The notes under the pieces are model-generated. The model was not told the origin of the DNA. It saw only the letters and a program-made list of their open reading frames with translations, and made no database searches. This document shows, piece by piece, positions 36,213 through 48,224 of a DNA stretch of 64,000 nucleotides (position 1 is the first letter of the stretch; each line of letters opens with the position of its first letter). The translations under genes were made by a program, and so were the position numbers. The stretch is taken from assembly GCA_038087875.1 (NCBI GenBank), contig CM075996.1:7008001-7072000 (forward strand), read 5' to 3'. The DNA comes from Malacoraja senta (Eukaryota).

Positions 36213-38018
36213 AAAAAAAGATACAAAGTGCTGAAGTAACTCAGTGGGTCAGCTTAACTTGAATAGGTGACGTTGCAAGTCAAAGCCAGAAACGTCTCCT
36301 ATCCATAAAGTAGACACATAAAGTGCTGGAGCATCTCAGCGGGCCAGGCAGCATCTCTGCAGAAAAAGAATAGGTGACGTTTCAGGTTGAGACCCTTCTT
36401 CAGACTGTCCCCTACCATGTTCTCCAGAGATGCTGTGCCTGACCCGCCGAGTTACTCCAGCACTTTGTGTCTTTTTTTTTCAACAGAACCAGGGGACTTT
36501 GTCAACCTGATCATTCCCTCTTCTCCCTTCTCCCATCCGGCAGAAGACACAAAAACTTGAAAGCGCGCGCCACCAAACTCAGGAACAGCTCCTTCCTCTC
36601 ATCAGAATACTGAACGGTCCACCCTTAGGCTAGGGGATGGTCCTGATCTTCCAAACCACGCCGCAACAGCGCAGAAGGGATGCTCCCGTGAGCAGAACCG
36701 CACGAAAATGGACCCGGCGGCCGCCATGAACGTAGACCCAGTGGGTTCGTTGCCTAGAGGGCGGAAGCTCAGAAGCCCCGGAGACCAGAGAGCGGAGGAG
36801 GAGGGAGCCACTGGCGACGACGGACGCGAGGAGTGGGCCAGTGGGAGAGGGAGCGCGGGCTATGGCCTCCAGCGCCTGCAAGGTCGGCTGCAGGAGGCGC
36901 CCCTACCTCCCCGGGTCACAGAGGCGAGGGTCGGGCGGGCGAGGAGAGGGACGTGGGTCAGCGGGCCGAGCCGGTCGAGGGCGACGTAGGAGGCCCTGCA
37001 GCAGCCTGGGGCTCGCCTGGATCGGGAGCCGCTCCAGCACTTCCAGCATTGCCACAGACGGCTGAAGAGGCCAAGTCAATGGGTATTTTTAAGGGTGGAC
37101 ATTGACAGATTCTTGATCAGTACGGGTGTCGGGGGTTATGGGGAGAAGGCAGGAGAATGGGGTTGAGCGGGAGAGATAGATCAGCCGTGTGGCGGAGTAT
37201 CCCTCCGGAAGGGGCGTGGCCTTGAGGAGAGAGAATCTCAACATTTTTTAAACACTAATAACTCTTTTATTTTTAATTGATGGGAAAATCCTCTTGTCCT
37301 GCGCAGGGGAGGGGGACTCTGAGTAAGTTGGCCAAAAAATCACAGCCGTAAGTGGCAGCGTTTTTTCTAAAATCAATATACAGAACAACAGGAAGTGGTC
37401 AAGATCAGACTTTTAGTAATATAGATTATGCAAGGGTTATGCAGAAGGTAGGAGAATGAGGTTGAGAGGGAAAAATAGATCAGCCATGATTGAATGGCGG
37501 AGTAGACTTGATGGGCCGAATGGCCTAATTCTGCTCCTTGAACATATGTGGACCTTATTTTTGGACTTTATTTTTTTGTAAATGGCGCCAAAATATGGCG
37601 ACTGCGCATTTGTGGGTTGAGCAAAAGAATTTCACTCTGCTGTTCAAACGTGACAATAAAGAACCATTGAATCATTGAACTGCGATGCTGGACTTGTTCT
37701 CCTGATCTTTAACGTGACAATACTGTAAATACTCTGGTATCTTTCTCTTTGCACTACCTGTTGTACTTGTTGAGGCTTAATTGCACTCATGTATAGAATC
37801 TGATTTGATTGTGATAGCACATCAAACAAAAGCTTTTCACTGCACCTTGGTACACATGACATTAATAAGCTAATACCAAGTGTTGGTCACAACTTCATAA
37901 GACATAGGAGAAGAATTAGGCCATTTGGCCCTTCGTGTCTGCACCGCCATTCAATCATGGCTGATATATCTTTCCCTCTCAACCTCATTCTCCTGCCTTC
38001 TGCATAACCCTTGCATAA

Positions 38019-39390
38019 TCTATATTACTAAAAGTCTGATCTTGACCACTTCCTGTTGTTCTGTATTATTGATTTTAGAAAAAGCGCTGTCACTTACGGC
38101 TGTGATTTTTGGCCATCTTACTCAGAGTCCCCCTCCCCTGCGCAGGACAAGAGGATTTTTCCCATCGATGAAAAATAAAAGAGTTATTAGTGTTTAAAAT
38201 ATGTTGAGATTCTCTCTCCTGAAGGCCACGCCCCTTCCGGAGGGACTATAAAACCCGGACGTGTTGAGTGCCTCAGTCAGTCTCTGCAAGATGGGGGGAG
38301 CAAGAGGGTCACGTCTCTCAGTCTGAGCTGTGAATAACACTGAACACATGTCTACGAAACTGTGAGTGGTTTTGCTGACCTGTCAGTGCCCTTAATGTGG
38401 TTTGAAAATATAGTTTGGAAATGCTAAAGCTGTGTTGCCTATGGTTTGGAAATGCTAAAGCTGTGTTGCCTTTGGTTTGGAAATGCTAAAGCTGTGTTGC
38501 CTAATTAAAGTTGCCTTGCCTAATTAAAGTTGCCTTGCCTAATTAAAGTTGCCTTGCCTAATTAAAGTTGCCTTGCCTAATTAAAGTTGCCTTGCCTAAT
38601 TAAAGTTGCCTTGCCTAATTAAAGTTGCCTTGCCTAATTAAAGTTGCCTTGCCTTCTATATAATTAAAAGTCTAATCTTGACCCTGTTTGCGCTTTATAT
38701 TGATTTTAGAAAAAACGCTACCACGTATGGCTGTGATTTTTGTCCATCTTACTCAAAGTCCCCCTCCGCTCATCAGGTGCTGAGGATTTTCCCATCGATG
38801 AAAATTAAGTTATTAGTGTTTTAAAAATGTTGAGATTCTCTCTCCTGTCAATCATGCCATGAAGGCCACGCCCCTTCTGGTGGGAGGGGGGGGAGGAACT
38901 ATAAAACCCAGAAGTGTGGGCGTGGCTCAGTCTCTGCAAGATGGAGGAGGGAGAGGTCACGACTCGTTGTCTTTAGTGGCCTTGCATCCTGCTTGAAATG
39001 GTATGAAACTGCACTCAAATTTGGTGGCCTTGCACCCTGCTTGAAGTGGTAAGAAACACTTGAATTTGGTGGCCTTGCACCCTGCTTGAAATGGAATTTC
39101 AAGGAATAGCCTGGAGTCAACTGCCAGCCCACCAGCCGTGAGTGAGTGAGCTGCCAGCACAACAGGCTTGAGTGACTGAGCCACCAGCCAAAGAATCCAT
39201 TCGGCCCACAATGTCCATACTAGCCCTCTGGAAACCAGTCCCTTCAGCCCACAACACCCATACTAGCGCTCCAGAAATCCCCCCACACTGGCCACCAATA
39301 TTGGAATTGGTGGGGGAGAGGTGGAATATTGCGTTGGGGGACCATCCCTCCCGTGTGATGCTGCTACCCAACGGGTCCCACTTAGTCTAG
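38019..39390 (+). mobile_element. Non-autonomous Helitron-like element
   Basis: A|TC start and CTAG|T end, with a short hairpin (ACCC-aac-GGGT) just before the end. Has an internally duplicated head module (~38655-38960) and internal tandem arrays. No TSD. Confidence 0.7.
38495..38655 (+). repeat. 19-bp tandem array (ttgcctaattaaagttgcc), about 8 copies, inside the Helitron-like element
   Basis: Directly visible. Confidence 0.9.
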
Positions 39391-41725
39391 TATATATATA
39401 TATATACATATTATACACACACACGCATGCAGAAAGCAAACAAACAAACAATAGTAGTGCAAAAACACAAAGCCAATGCCCCCAAGTCTATGTAGACACT
39501 CTTGACACCTTTACTAATCATGTACCTGCTTTAAAAATGCCCAAAGACAGCCTCCACATCCGTCTGTGGCAATGAATTCCACCGATTCACCACCCACTTG
39601 ACGAATGAAATTGCTCCTCATCTCCTTTTAAAGTTGCTTCCTTTAATTCTGAGGTTGATCCATCTGGTCCTAGACTCTCCCACTAGTGGAAGCATCCTCT
39701 CCACATCCATTCTATCCAGGCCTTTCACTGTTTGGTAAGTTTCAATGAGGTCCCCCTCTCGTTGTAGATGTTGATTGGTGAGGTAGGATAAAGGAACGGA
39801 ATCACCTCCTTTCAAGAAGGGACGGAGATGAAGCTACATTTTAGTTAGAAGATAAAAGGACCTGTAAAATATTTGGAAGGAGAACAGCTGTGTTTCATCA
39901 ACTTAAAAAAAGTACTGTTTACAATAATCTTTGACCTCTTTTGAGTGCTTGTAACACAAAAAATCCCAGCCATCTGCTTATAAAATTGGAGTCACTTCCT
40001 GTTTGAAACAGGGCCTTGTTCTCCCAGCTTGTTTTGTTTTTTTAATTTTCACTTTCATCTTCAACACTACCCTTTAAAATAAAACCAAACATAGATGCAC
40101 AGAGTCTCTTGCCCCGAGTAGGTGATTCGAGGACCAGAGGACATAGGTTTAAGGTGAAGGGTAAAAGATTTAATAGGAATCTGAGGGGTAGCTTTTTCAC
40201 ACAAAGGGTGGAGGGTGTATGGAACGAGCTGCCAGAGGAGGTAGTTGAGGCAGGGACTATCGCAACGTTTAAGAAACAGTTAGACAGGTACATGGATAGG
40301 ACAGGTTTGGAAGAATATGGAAATAGAAACCTAGAAAATCGGTGCAGGAGTAGGCCATTCGGCCCTTCGAGCCAGCACTGCCGTTCAATGTAATCATGGC
40401 AGATTATCATAAATCAGTACACCCCCATTCCTGCTTTCTCCCCATATCCCTTGATTCAGTCAGCCGTTAGAGCTAAATCTAACTCTCTCTTGAAAACATC
40501 CAGTGAGGTGGGACTAGTGTAGCTGGGACATGTCAGCCGGTGTGTGGGTAAGTTGGGCCGAAGGGCCTGTTTCCACGCTGTATCACTCTGTGACTAAAAG
40601 CGAGTGCTGAAAATCGAGGATTCCCTTCAGATTTGCTTTGAATGGTCTTGAGATTCTGAGTCCTGCCCTTTAGCCTCACCGTTGTATTGAGAGCAGCCAC
40701 ACTGTAGAGTTGACCGCACAAGCACAGAGCAATAGGAAAGGACTAAACACCTATCAGCAAAAATAAACTTCCTCGCCTCCAAAAATGTGACTCAAATTGT
40801 CCGTCCTTATGTTCAGCTGTACATCCTGTGGTTTCAAAGAGGAAATGTACAGCCCAGACCTTTTTTTTAAAATAATTACAAAATGTTGGGTGTAAAATCA
40901 GTCAAATATAACCCCAAGGTCAGAAATCCTTTTAAGTACTAGTTTCATGCACTTTGTCGTGAAGGCTCTCGAGTCATAGAATCGTACTGAGTGGAAACAG
41001 GCCCCTTGGCCCAACTTGCCCATACCAACCAACATGCCCCATCTACACTAGTCCCACCTGCCTGCATTTGGCCCATGTCTCATTAAACCTAATTCTGAAG
41101 AAGGGTCTCGACCCAAAGCGTCGCCTATTCCTTTTCCCCAGAAGTGCTGCCTGACCCGCTGAGTTACTCCGGCATTTTGTGTCTATCTGTGGTGTAAAAC
41201 AGCATCTGCAGTTCCTTCCTACACATTCCTTCTAAACCGATCCTTTACATGTACCTGTCCAAATGCTTTTTAAATGTTGTCCATGACAGGTTTAAAGGAA
41301 GGGGGTGCAAGGAACTGTATACAAGGCCTAAATCCCCCGAACCTGTCCTATCCATTGATCTGTCCAAATGGTTCTTAAACGTTGCAATGTTACCTGCCTC
41401 GACTACCTCTTCCCACAGCTCATTCCATACACATACCACCCTCTGTGTGAAAAGGTTACCCCTCAGGTTCCTATTAAAAATGTCCATCCTCAAGTTAAAC
41501 CTATGTCCTCTGGTTCTCCATTCCCCTACTTTCGGCAAGAGACTGCATTTATCCGATCTATTCCGCTCATGGATTTGTTCAGCTTTGTAAGATCACCCCT
41601 CAGCCTCCTGCGCTCCAGGGAACAGAGTCCTAGCCTGCTCAACCTCTCCCCGTAGCTCAGGCCCTCAAGTCCTGGCAACATCCTCGTCCGTTCTTCTCTT
41701 TGCACCGTCTCCAGTGTGACAGTTT

Positions 41726-42047
41726 GGGGCAGCCACGGTGGCGCAGTGGTAGAGTTGCTGCTTTACAACACTTCCAGCGCCGGAGAATCAGGTTCGATCC
41801 CCATTACAGGTGCCATCTGTACGGAGTTAGTAGGTTCTCCCCGTGACCACGTGGGTTTTCTCCGAGATCTTCGGTTTCCTCCCGCACTGCAAAGGTGTAC
41901 ATGTTATGTAGGTTAATTGGCTTGGTGTATGTGTACATTGTCCCTAGTGTGTGTAGGATAGTGTTAATGTGTGGGGATCGCAGGTCGGCATGGACTCGGT
42001 GGGCCGAAGGGCCTGTTTCAATGCTGTATCTCTAAATTAAACTAAAC
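41726..42047 (+). mobile_element. tRNA-derived V-SINE (HE1-type), representative copy
   Basis: A box GGTGGCGCAGTGG, B box GGTTCGATCC, V-domain (GTTCTCCCCGTG...GGTTTCCTCCC), and a CR1-type tail ending (TAAAC)n. Further copies at ~1846, 5690, 9234, 11460, 12692(-), 16330(-), 21766(-), 22428, 33258(-), 48541, 48810(-), 55352, 56295 and 62275. Confidence 0.85.
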
Positions 42048-42319
42048 ATCTTTACTATAAAATGGTGCCCAGAACTGAACACAAAATGGGGCCTTACCAA
42101 CTTCCTGTAGTGCAACATGACCTCCCAACTTCTATACTCAATATCTGGATTCTTCAGCTAACAGTAATAGCCTCTCTGAAAGGTCTGGCGTTGTTGTGGG
42201 CTCCCCTTTCACACACAACAATCTACATGTAGAAACAAAGAACTACAGACGCTAGTTTATACCAAGGATATTCACAAAATGCTGGCATCGTAAAATGTCG
42301 GCAATCGAGTACAAAAGTG

Positions 42320-44692
42320 TTTAAGAAGGAACTGCAGATGCTGGAAAATCGAAGCTACACAAAAATGCTGGAGAAACTCAGCGGGTGCAGCAGCATCTAT
42401 GGAGCCAAGGAAATAGGCAACGTTTCGGGCCGAAACCCTTCTTCAGACTGATGGGGGGGGGGTGTGGGGAGAAGAAAGGAAAAAGGCGGAGGAAGAGCCC
42501 GAGGGCTGAGGGATGGGAGGAGACAGCCCGAGGGCTGAGGAAGGGGAGGAGACAGCAAGGGCTAACAGAATAGGGAGAATTCAATGTTCATGCCCCCAGG
42601 GTGTAGACTCCCCAAGCGGAATATGAGGTGCTGTTCCTCCAATTTCCGGTGTTGCTCGCTCTGGCCATGGAGGAGACCCAGGACAGAGAGGTCGGATACA
42701 GAATGGGAGGGGGAGTTGAAGTGCTGAGCCGCCGGGAGGTTATTGCGGACCGACCGGAGGTGTTCGGCGAAACGATCGCCAAGCCTCCGCTTGGTCTCAC
42801 CGATGTAGATCAGCTGACATCTAGAGCAGCGGATGCAATAGATGAGGTTGGAGGAGATGCAGGTGAACCTCTGTCGCACCTGGAACGACTGCTTAGGTCC
42901 TTGAATGGAGTCGAGGGGAGAGGTGAAGGGACAAGTGTTGCATCTCTTGCAGTTGCAAGGGAAAGTGCCCGGGGAGGGGGTGGTACGGGAGGGAAGGGAA
43001 GAATTGACAAGGGAGTTACGGAGGGAGCGGTCTTTGCAGAAGGCAGACATGGGGGGAGATGGGAAGATGTGGCGAGTGGTGGGGTCACGTTGGAGGTGGC
43101 GAAACTGACGGAGGATTACTTGTTGTATGTGACGGCTGGTGGGGTGAAAGGTGATGACTAGGGGGACTCTGCCCTTGTTGCGAGTGTGGGGATGGGGAGA
43201 GAGAGCAGTGTTGCGGGGTATGGAAGAGACCCTGGTGCGAGCCTCATCTATGGTGGAGGAGGGGAACCCCCGTTCCCTGAAGAATGAGGACATTTCGGAT
43301 GCCCTGGTGTGGAACGCCTCATCCTGGGAGCAGATGCGGCGTAGACGGAGGAATTGGGAGTGGGGGATGGAGTCCTTACATGAAGCAGGATGGGAAGAAG
43401 TGTAGTCCAGATAGCCATGGGAGTCGGTAGGTTTGTAGTGGATGTCGGTCAGAAGTCTGTCACCTGCGATGGAGATAGTGAGGTCAAGGAATGGTAGGGA
43501 AGTGTCGGAAATGGTCCAGGTGTATTTGAGTGCCGGATGGAAGTTGGTGGTGAAGTGGATGAAGTCAGTCAGTTGTGTGTGGGTGCAGGAGGTGGCACCA
43601 AAGCAGTTGTCGATGTAGCAGAGGTAGAGGTCGGGGATGGGGCCCTGGTACGTATTGAACAAGGATTGTTCGACGTACCCGACAAAGAGGCAGGCGTAGC
43701 TGGGGCCCATGCGTGTGCCCATAGCTACCCCTTGTATTTGGAGGAAATGGGAGGAGTCAAACGAGAAGTTATTGAGGGTAAGGACCAGCTCCGCTAGGCG
43801 GAGGAGGGTGTCAGTGGCCGGGTATAGGTTGCTTCTCTGGTCGAGGAAGAACTGGAGGGTTTTGAGACCATCCTGGTGGGGGATGGAGGTGTAGAGTGAC
43901 TGGACGTCCATGGTGAAGATGAGGGGATGGGGACCTAGAGAGTGGAATGCCCGGAGACGACGGAGAGTGTCTGAGGTGTCTTGAACATAGGTAGGGAGGG
44001 ATTTAACCAAGGGGGATAGGATGGAGTCGAGGTAGGTGGAGATGGGTTCGGTGGGGCAAGAACAGGCAGAGACAATGGGTCTACCGGGACAGTCAGGTTT
44101 GTGGATTTTGGGGAGAAGGTAAAATCGGGCCGTGCGGGGCTGGGGAACGATGAGGTTGGAGGCTCGGTCGGGCAGGGCGTGGGAGTTGATGAAGTCAGTG
44201 ATGGTGCTGGAGATGGTGGCCTGGTGTTCGTCAGTGGGGTCATGGTCCAGGGGTAAGTAGGAGGAGGTGTCCGAGAGTTGGTGCGTGGCCTCAGCTTTGT
44301 AGAGATCGACGCGCCAGACTACCACGGCACCTCCCTTGTCGGCGGGTTTGATAACCCAATCTGGGTTGTTGCGGAGTGAGTCGATGGCAGTGGGTTCAGG
44401 GGGGGAGAGATTGGAGTGAGACAGGGGAGTGGAGAAGTTGAGGCGGTTGATGTCACGGCGGCAGTTTTTGATGAAGAGTTCTAAAGCCGGAAGGCCACGA
44501 GGGGGGTTCCACGAGGAGGGGGTGCGTTGGAGACGGGAAAAGGGGTCATCAATGGGGGGCGAGGACTCCTTCCCATGGAAGTGCGCTGTGAGGCGGAGGC
44601 GACGGTAGAAGAGTTCCAAGTCATGGTGGGCGCGGAACTCATTGAGGTGGGGACGGAGGGGGACAAAGGTAAGACCTCTGCTGAGGACAGAC
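42320..44692 (-). mobile_element. Penelope-like element (same Neptune family), 5'-truncated, uninterrupted RT + GIY-YIG frame
   Basis: ORF 42562-44835 is highly similar to the 19220-21356 copy from SVLSRGLTFVP onward, and the first ~47 aa are junction-derived. The RT motif reads YIDN rather than YIDD. The 3' UTR extends to ~42320. Confidence 0.93.
42417..42450 (-). ncRNA. Minimal hammerhead ribozyme motif in the PLE 3' end (pLTR)
   Basis: Minus strand reads cagt CUGAAGA a GGGU UUCG GCCC GAAA C GUU gc. This gives both conserved core boxes, stem II with a UUCG loop, a palindromic ACGU in place of stem III, and an NUH triplet. Confidence 0.75.
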
Positions 44693-45231
44693 CGTACAGA
44701 AGAATGATACAAAGTGCTGGAGGAACTCAGCGGGTCAGGCAGCATCCCTGGAGAAAAAGGATGGATGACTTTTCGGGTCGGGACCCTTCTTCGGATCCCG
44801 CCTATCCCCTTTTCCAGCTTTATTCCCCCTCCCACCCCTTCAACCAGTCTGTAGAAGGATCCCGACCCGAAACATCAACCAACATTTTTCTCCACAGATG
44901 CTGCCTGCCCCGCTGAGTTCCTCCAGCACTTTGTGTCATTCTTCTGTACTTGATTGCCGACATTTCACGATGTTAGTGGAAACAAGGAACTGCAGATGCT
45001 GGTTAATGCGAGCTGGAGTAACTCAGCCGGTCAGGCAGCATCTCTGGAGAACATGGATCGGTGATGTTTCGGGTCTGGACCCTTCTTCAGACTGATTGTG
45101 AGTGGGGGGGGGGGGTGGGTGGAGACGAAAGCTGGAAAAGGGGAGAGGCAGGACAACGGTCAATAGGTCATAGGTCATAGGTCAACACAGGCAAGTATGA
45201 TTTTTTTTTTTGACAGGCTGATGGTTGGAAC

Positions 45232-45613
45232 CAAAGATCCTATAGGTGGATAGACCACTCCTGCTAAAACAATGGGCTGATGTGTAGTACGCAACGGAGC
45301 GGAACGTGGGCCTTTTTTTCATCCATTTCAGTAACACGACCCGACTTTGGTTATCCCTCTCGCAGTGTAATCAACGTTGCGGGGGAACAGTTTGTGTTAA
45401 TAAATTGTAATTCTGTAAATGAGGAGAAGATTTTTACCAAAGAACTTTGATTTTTACGAGGATGTTTCCGTAACCGGCTTCCATCTCCGCACTAGTTATC
45501 TTTGCTCCGCTATGGGATCTTTGGTGCGGAGACGGAAGCCGGTTACGGAAATGGGGCCGAAAATTACCCATGAATCTGTCGAGTGGTCTATCTTGCTTGC
45601 TATAGGATCTTTG
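45232..45613. mobile_element. MITE with 8-bp TSD (hAT- or P-like; superfamily unresolved)
   Basis: Termini CAAAGATCCTATAG...CTATAGGATCTTTG plus a subterminal GATAGACCACTC inverted match. TSD GTTGGAAC at 45224-45231 and 45614-45621. Confidence 0.82.
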
Positions 45614-47090
45614 GTTGGAACAAAGGCCAGAGATAAGAACCACAGGTGTGAGATAGATTTGAAGAAATGCGGATTGTGAAGCCAGGGGGAGGAAAATAAC
45701 AGACTCAAGACCCGAAAAATCACCTGTCCATGTTCCATGTTCCATCCAGAGATGCTGCCTGACCCATTGAGTCACTCCAGCACTTTGTGTCTTGTATTGT
45801 AAAGCACCATAGAGGGAGTACAGAGAAGGTTCACCAGACTGATTCCTGGGATGGCAGGACTTTCATATGAAGAAAGACTGGATAGACTCGGCTTGTACTC
45901 GCTAGAATTTAGGAGATTGAGGGGGGATCTTATAGAAACTTACAAAATTCTTAAGGGGTTGGACAGGCTAGATGCAGGAAGATTGTTCCCGATGTTGGGG
46001 AAGTCCAGGACAAGGGGTCACAGTTTAAGGATTAAGGGGAAATCCTTTAGGAACGAGATGAGAAAAACATTTTTCACACAGAGAGTGGTGAATCTGTGGA
46101 ACTCTCTGCCACAGAAGGTAGTTGAGGCCAGTTCATTGGCTATATTTAAGAGGGAGTTAGATGTGGCCCTTGTGGCTAAAGGGATCAGGGGGTATGGAGA
46201 GAAGGCAGGTACAGGATACTGAGTTGGATGATCAGCCATGATCATATTGAATGGCGGTGCAGGCTCGAAGGGTCAAATGGCCTACTCCTGCACCTATTTT
46301 TTATGTTTCTATGTCTATGTTTCTATCATGCACTGTGCCTCTCCTGGGACTGTTTGACGGGACAGAGTAGGGGCAGCTTGATGTTGCATCCACCCTTGCT
46401 GTGTGCATTCTTGATGGGGCAATCTAGAGTCTCTCTGTGTCTAACCCTAGATGCTGAGAGTTTCATGTGGGGAAGTGTAGAGGGACATTCACACACACTT
46501 TTATCTAATTGATGCATCTGATATCACACAACCTATCCCAGCCAGCAACTAATTGGTCATAGAGTCATACTGCGTGGAAACAGTCCCTTCGGCCTGACTT
46601 GCCCACACTGACCAACATGCCCCATCTACACTAGTCCCACGTGCCTGCATTTAGCCCATGTCCAATACATGTACCTATCAAAAAACGTCTTAAACATTGC
46701 AATAGTACCTGCCTCAACTACCTCCTCCGGAAGCTCATTCCATACATCCACCACCTCTCAGGTTCCAATTAAATCTTAGATAGACACAAAATGCTGGAGT
46801 AACTCAGCGGGACAGGCAGCATCTCTGGAGAAAAGGAATGGGTGGACGTTTTGGGTCATGACCCTTCTTCAGACTGTGAAGCTTGAAGAAGAGTCTCGAC
46901 CCGAAACGTCACCCATTCCTTCTCTCCAGAGATGCTGCCTGTCCCACTGAGTTACTCCAGCATTTTGTGTCGATCTTCGGTTTAAACCAGCATCTGCAGT
47001 TCCTTCCTACACATTCCTATTAAATCTTTCTCCCCTCACCTTAAACCCATATCCTCTTGTTCTTAATTCCTCTACTCTGGGCAAAAGACT

Positions 47091-47123
47091 GTCTGAAGAA
47101 GGGTCTCGACCCGAAACGTCACC
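47091..47123 (+). ncRNA. Minimal hammerhead ribozyme motif in a short non-coding PLE-derived module (representative copy)
   Basis: gt CUGAAGA a GGGU CUCG ACCC GAAA C GUC ac. Other intact cores at ~1075-1102(+), 51893-51923(-) and 56323-56352(+). Near-intact cores at ~2510(-), 6500(+), 16876(-), 33803(-), 36375(-), 45062(-), 54019(+), 59604(-) and 62125(+). Confidence 0.72.
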
Positions 47124-47699
47124 CATTCCTTCGCTCCATGGATGCTGCCTCACCCGCTGAGTTTCTCCAGCATTTTTGCCTACCTTTTTGTGTTTACCTA
47201 ATCTGTTCCTCTCATGATTTTGTACGCCTCTATAAGATTGCCCCTCACCCTCCCATCTTACCCGCTCAACCTCTCCCAATAGCTCAGGCCCTCGGGTCCT
47301 GGTAACATTCTCATAAATCCTCTCTGCACCCTTTCCAGCTTGACAACATCTTTCCTGTAACATGTGTGACCAAACTGAACACTATATTCTAAATGCAGCC
47401 TCACCAACATCTTATGTAACTGCAGCAAGACTCCTCAAATTCTATACTCAAGACTCTGACTGATGAAGGCCAATGTGCCGAAAGCCTTTTTGACCACCCT
47501 ATCTACCTGTGACGCCATTTTCACGGAACTAGTATTTCTGTTATTGTCTTACTGTCAAGTGTACCGAGATACAGTGAAAAGCTTTTGTTGGCATTCTACC
47601 CAATCCAATCTGGTAATGTGATATGGTAATATGATGCACAAGGACAAGTCCAACAAGTTGGTGAAGAGAAAAATACAGTTCTTCAGCATTGTAACGTTA

Positions 47700-48224
47700 A
47701 GGGCCTGTCCCACTTGGGCGACCTAATTGGCAAGTATAGAAGAGTTTTTAAAAATGTTGAAGACCTCCTTCCACCTCCTTCAACTATGTTGAAGACCAGC
47801 TATGACTAGCTACGACTAACTTCGGGAAAATTGGACACCGAATAGTGGAGAGTGAAGACGACCTCCTTCGATCTCCTTCAACCTCCTTCAACCTCCCTTC
47901 GACTATGATGACGACCATCTACGACTACCTTCGACTACCTACGAGTAACATGCCAACCTACTACGACCTACTACGACTAAACCTACGAGTAAAAAAAGTA
48001 TCGATTTTTTCCACGGTGACCTTTTTTTACTCGCGGGCATTTTTTATCATATTGAAAAAAACGCCGCAAGTTAGCTGAGGCCTCGAGTACGCGGAGACCA
48101 CTCTCGAGCATGACGGAGAGTTACGAAGACCTCCTACAACCTCGTGACGACCATGCTGCGAGTATGAGTCGAGGGCAAACTCGCCAGAACTCGCCAATTA
48201 GGTCGCCCAAGTGGGACAGGCCCT
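47700..48224. mobile_element. PIF/Harbinger-type MITE
   Basis: 32-bp perfect TIR AGGGCCTGTCCCACTTGGGCGACCTAATTGGC, with a TTA TSD at 47697-47699 and 48225-48227. Non-coding interior. Confidence 0.88.

Noticed and set aside
36640..37060. GC-rich stretch as a CpG-island promoter or exon
   Set aside because: No recognisable protein or splice structure, and it is embedded among repeat fragments. More likely another GC-rich repeat, as is 34200-34445.
40680..40701. Possible 22-nt micro-exon on the minus strand (tctacag...gtgagg)
   Set aside because: There is no partner exon or recognisable peptide, and atp5mf already has a complete first exon and promoter. Splice-like matches this short are expected by chance.
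44693..44835. N-terminal 47 aa of the 757-aa ORF as the real PLE start
   Set aside because: The sequence is a hammerhead-module fragment joined at the truncation point. The true N-terminus is seen in the other copy at 17229.
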